From the IMG/VR virus record IMGVR_UViG_2529292830_000018: DNA of 42,618 nucleotides. One strand, 5' to 3'. Each line of letters opens with the position of its first letter. The stretch's first letter is position 1. Shown piece after piece: positions 39,361 to 42,618 of the stretch. The position numbers were made by a program, and so were the translations under genes. Under the pieces are notes generated by a model. The model did no database searches. It was given only the letters and a program-made list of their open reading frames with translations, and was not told where the DNA came from. Origin of the DNA: a virus. Lineage: Duplodnaviria; Heunggongvirae; Uroviricota; Caudoviricetes.

Positions 39361-39525
39361 ATGAGAGGACTTGCATACAATCCCGGCATTCTTCCGGCAG
39401 AAATGATTATTCGCCAACGCGTAAAGCCAATGCCATCGAGAGAGGAATTGCTCAAGAGAAATTCTTTTCCGTCAGTAAATCAAAACAAATATCTGAATGC
39501 GATGTGGCGGAGTGGGAAGAAATGA
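39361..39525 (+). CDS. Hypothetical small protein
   Basis: Start MRGLAYNPG preceded by GAGG. Confidence 0.35.
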   Translation: MRGLAYNPGILPAEMIIRQRVKPMPSREELLKRNSFPSVNQNKYLNAMWRSGKK

Positions 39526-39953
39526 AACAAATGTCACTAATTGAGATGGATGGTTTTCTGAAAGGTAAATGCATCCCACGAGATTTAAAGGTTAACGAAA
39601 CAAACGCTGAATATCTTTTCCGTAAGTTCGGTGAACTTGAATCAAAACTAGAAACGGCGTTGCGGGAGTGTCGTTCTTCCGGAATCACGATTGATAACCT
39701 TGAAGCCAAGTGCGCGGCGCTGGCGGCGGAGAATGCGGCGCTTAAACAGTCGGAGAAGGAATTTAATAACTTCTGTCGTCAGGAGTACTACGGTTGGGAG
39801 GACAACTTCACGGAAACCCCAGCCACCGATGCTTTCCTGGCTGAAGTACGGGCGCAGGGTGTGGAGATGTTTGCTGAGTGTGCATACACACTTGAACATC
39901 ATGATCACGCAGTAGCCTTCGCCGCTGAGCTTCGCAAAGGAGGCAACCAGTGA
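39522..39953 (+). CDS. Hypothetical protein
   Basis: Start [12 protein letters not shown] overlapping the upstream stop (ATGA). Confidence 0.4.
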   Translation: MKQMSLIEMDGFLKGKCIPRDLKVNETNAEYLFRKFGELESKLETALRECRSSGITIDNLEAKCAALAAENAALKQSEKEFNNFCRQEYYGWEDNFTETPATDAFLAEVRAQGVEMFAECAYTLEHHDHAVAFAAELRKGGNQ

Positions 39954-40444
39954 CTGGACATGCAGCAATCCTCGACATGTGCTGTGGCAGTCGCATGTTC
40001 TGGTTCGATAAGAACGACGACCGGGCGATATTTAGCGATATCAGAAAGGAAGAGCACACATTATGTGATGGACGACGGCTGATAATTAGCCCTGACATGA
40101 TAGCAGATTTTCGTGCATTACCATTTGCAGACGCATCGTTTCCGGTTGTTGTATTCGACCCTCCGCATCTTGAGCGTGTTGGTGATAACGCCTGGATGGG
40201 AAAGAAATATGGACGGCTGAATAAAGATACCTGGCGTGATGATTTGCGGCAGGGATTTAAAGAAGCCTTTCGTGTGTTGCGGCCATACGGCGTTCTGATT
40301 TTTAAATGGAATGAAACGCAAATACCTGTTCGCCAGATATTGGCACTGACCGACAGAAAGCCTGTTATCGGTCAACGAACAGGAAAGGGTGACAAGACCC
40401 ACTGGATTATTTTTATGAAGGAGGCGACCAGTGAGCAAAATTAA
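39950..40444 (+). CDS. Small SAM-dependent methyltransferase-like protein
   Basis: 164 aa; SAM-motif-like LDMCCGSRMF and DPPH (motif IV-like) in VVFDPPHL. Confidence 0.5.
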   Translation: MTGHAAILDMCCGSRMFWFDKNDDRAIFSDIRKEEHTLCDGRRLIISPDMIADFRALPFADASFPVVVFDPPHLERVGDNAWMGKKYGRLNKDTWRDDLRQGFKEAFRVLRPYGVLIFKWNETQIPVRQILALTDRKPVIGQRTGKGDKTHWIIFMKEATSEQN

Positions 40445-40910
40445 CTATCAGGCACTGCGTGAAAAGGCAGAGCGTGCAATTCCAGCAATGGAACGCCTGT
40501 TAATGCTGCCAGTTGATGATGATTTGTTAAGTGAACAGGAACTTAAAGATTACGGTGTGGATATTGATGCGCTCAACGCCTTCAAATTTCTGGCCGGACC
40601 AGAAACCGTGCTGGCACTGCTGGATGAACGGGAAAGAAACCAGCAATACATCAAACGCCGTGACCAGGAGAACGAGGATATTGCGCTAACGGTAGGGAAA
40701 CTGCGTGTTGAGCTGGAAGCCGCAGAGAAGCGCATTGCTGAGCTGCAGTTGCGGGAGGTTGTGCTTCCGCAATGCTATAGCATGTTGCATCGCGTCGATT
40801 TTGACGAGCCTTACCACACTGAAATGGTTTACAGGCAGTATCAGGTTCTTGAGGCACTGCACAACGCTGGAATAAACGTCACCGAAGCAGGTAAAGGAGA
40901 GGCATCATGA
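40431..40910 (+). CDS. Hypothetical protein (ea-region type)
   Basis: 159-aa ORF, translationally coupled to its neighbours. Confidence 0.4.
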   Translation: MSKINYQALREKAERAIPAMERLLMLPVDDDLLSEQELKDYGVDIDALNAFKFLAGPETVLALLDERERNQQYIKRRDQENEDIALTVGKLRVELEAAEKRIAELQLREVVLPQCYSMLHRVDFDEPYHTEMVYRQYQVLEALHNAGINVTEAGKGEAS

Positions 40911-42091
40911 GCACTATTCCCAAAGAACGTCTGGAACAATTAGCATCTGGAAACGCATGGTATTGCGTTCAAGATGACGAAGCGGCTGAGCTGGCGCGTA
41001 TCGCGCTGGCATCGCTCGAAGCGGAGCCATATGGATATGTGCATAAAGCGGCATATGAGAAAACAGGCAGTTGCGGGTTGTCGAATGACCGTGAAGCCTA
41101 TCGATACAGTTCAACTCACGTGGCCGTTTACACCGCACCGCCAGCGCCGGTATCTGTGCCTGCTGCGATGGAAATGGATGATGACTTTGACAGCGCGTTT
41201 GAACACGGAAAAGCTGTCGGCTGGAACGCCTATCGCGCAGCCATGTTTCAGTCCGGAAACTTTCGGGAAAACAAGAATTCGTCAACCAATAATTTTCGTG
41301 AAATCGCGGAAACGTCAACCAACTCTCCGCTTATTCCTGGTGAAGTGTTGTCCGCAATCCGGGAGGTTGCCAGGATTCGTGCCGATTTCGATGATTTTGA
41401 CGGTGACAGGCGAGGTATCGGTGATTGTCTGGATGAGGCCGAGCAAGAGCTTATCGTTACCATTAACAAATATGCCAGTCAGTTGGCAGCAGAACCGATA
41501 GCGACTAATGACGTTCGAGAACAAACAGCCGTTCCGCCAATACAGGCTGATGTCGCGCAAGCAATTGAAAATCTCAAGCAGAAGTTAGTGGAATGCAATC
41601 GCTATAACTACTGCGCAGATGCAGTGAAGAACGTTGAGGATGCCTGCCACGCTGCCATGCTTCAGGGTAGCCAACCTGTAAGCCAAACTTACAAGTTGCC
41701 AGTTAATACACCTTGCCAAGATGCGCCAGCCCATATCTGGCTGCAAACGGCTGGAGTATGGCCAGAAGATGGCGAGTTAAGCGAATTAACGTGGTGCAGC
41801 CACAATCAGCACCATGATGACACGCTATATGTTCGAGCTGACCTTGTGAATGGCAACTCTCCGGTAACTCCGGATGGTTGGATAAGCTGTAGTGATCGAA
41901 TGCCAGAAATTAGACAAACAGTTATTGGATGGAATGGATATGCGGTTAGACAATGCGTATATACAAGAAATGAATATGCCAAGACACAGAAAGGCAGAGA
42001 GCCAAGGTTTGAAATCTTAACTGGTATATGGCATGGAGTAACCCACTGGATGCCGCTACCGGAACCGCCGCAGGAGGTTAACCGTGGCTAA
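40907..42091 (+). CDS. Hypothetical protein with C-terminal DUF551-like domain
   Basis: 394 aa; C-terminus GWISCSDRMPE...VIGW...WHGVTHWMPLPEPP resembles DUF551, common in enterobacterial prophage ea genes. Confidence 0.5.
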   Translation: MSTIPKERLEQLASGNAWYCVQDDEAAELARIALASLEAEPYGYVHKAAYEKTGSCGLSNDREAYRYSSTHVAVYTAPPAPVSVPAAMEMDDDFDSAFEHGKAVGWNAYRAAMFQSGNFRENKNSSTNNFREIAETSTNSPLIPGEVLSAIREVARIRADFDDFDGDRRGIGDCLDEAEQELIVTINKYASQLAAEPIATNDVREQTAVPPIQADVAQAIENLKQKLVECNRYNYCADAVKNVEDACHAAMLQGSQPVSQTYKLPVNTPCQDAPAHIWLQTAGVWPEDGELSELTWCSHNQHHDDTLYVRADLVNGNSPVTPDGWISCSDRMPEIRQTVIGWNGYAVRQCVYTRNEYAKTQKGREPRFEILTGIWHGVTHWMPLPEPPQEVNRG

Positions 42092-42152
42092 CCTTCAACT
42101 TGCCGTCAAAGGTGAATAACAATCCTCGCACTCGCGGGGATTTCTTTTATCT

Positions 42153-42179
42153 GAACTCGCTACGGCGAGTTTTGTTTTA
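42153..42179 (+). terminator. Rho-independent terminator
   Basis: Stem ACTCGC/GCGAGT followed by TTTGTTTTA. Confidence 0.5.
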
Positions 42180-42351
42180 TGGAGATGATAAATGCACTTC
42201 CGAGTCACAGGTGAATGGAATGGAGAACCATTCAACATGAGTTATCGAAGCAGAGAACATCAACGACTGCTATGACCACTGGATGCTATGGGCGCAGATA
42301 GCACATGCAGACGTAACCAATATTTGTATTGAAGAACTGAAAGAACACCAA

Positions 42352-42372
42352 GCCGCCTGATGGCGGTTTTTT
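42352..42372 (+). terminator. Rho-independent terminator
   Basis: Stem CCGCC/GGCGG followed by TTTTTT. Confidence 0.55.
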
Positions 42373-42417
42373 ATTACCTGATTTGCAGGTTCGATTCCCT
42401 ATTCGGAGATAGCACTC

Positions 42418-42618
42418 ATGCAACACGAACTACAGCCTGATTCACTGGTTGATTTGAAATTCATCATGGCCGATACTGGCTTCGGTAAAACCTTCATCTA
42501 TGATCGGATTAAGTCCGGAGACCTTCCAAAAGCCAAAGTTATCCACGGGCGAGCAAGATGGTTATATCGTGACCATTGTGAATTCAAAAATAAGCTCTTA
42601 AGCCGCGCCAATGGGTAA
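42418..42618 (+). CDS. AlpA/Xis-family small DNA-binding protein (putative excisionase)
   Basis: 66 aa; central ADTGFGKTFIYDRIKSGDLPKAKVIHGRARW fits the AlpA/excisionase HTH pattern; RBS GGAG. Confidence 0.55.
   Translation: MQHELQPDSLVDLKFIMADTGFGKTFIYDRIKSGDLPKAKVIHGRARWLYRDHCEFKNKLLSRANG

Overview
The window is an almost complete mosaic lambdoid prophage, running from a P4/IntS-type tyrosine integrase gene (1..1158) to an AlpA/Xis-like gene (42418..42618). The morphogenesis half (minus strand, 9.6-23.4 kb) is P22/Sf6-like: TerS, TerL, portal, scaffold, coat, gp4, gp10, gp26 needle, gp14, gp7, gp20, gp16, followed by a P22-type immI module (mnt / arc-ant) and a tailspike. The lysis, late-control, nin, replication and immunity modules are lambda-like: S, R, Rz/Rz1, pR'-6S RNA-tR', Q, ninI/H/G/F/E/B, ren, P, O with ori iterons, OOP RNA, cII, cro, oR, cI, oL/pL. 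The N antiterminator and both nut boxB hairpins are P22-type, and the early-left region carries cIII, Erf, an SSB-like protein and ea-type genes. All protein calls are from reading the translations and recalling known families; no database search was run. The most notable feature is that rexA-rexB downstream of cI is replaced by two overlapping AT-rich ORFs (33659..34454), a candidate undescribed prophage exclusion system. Further accessory cargo sits at other classical moron positions: int-proximal, between gene 16 and mnt, and between N and cIII.
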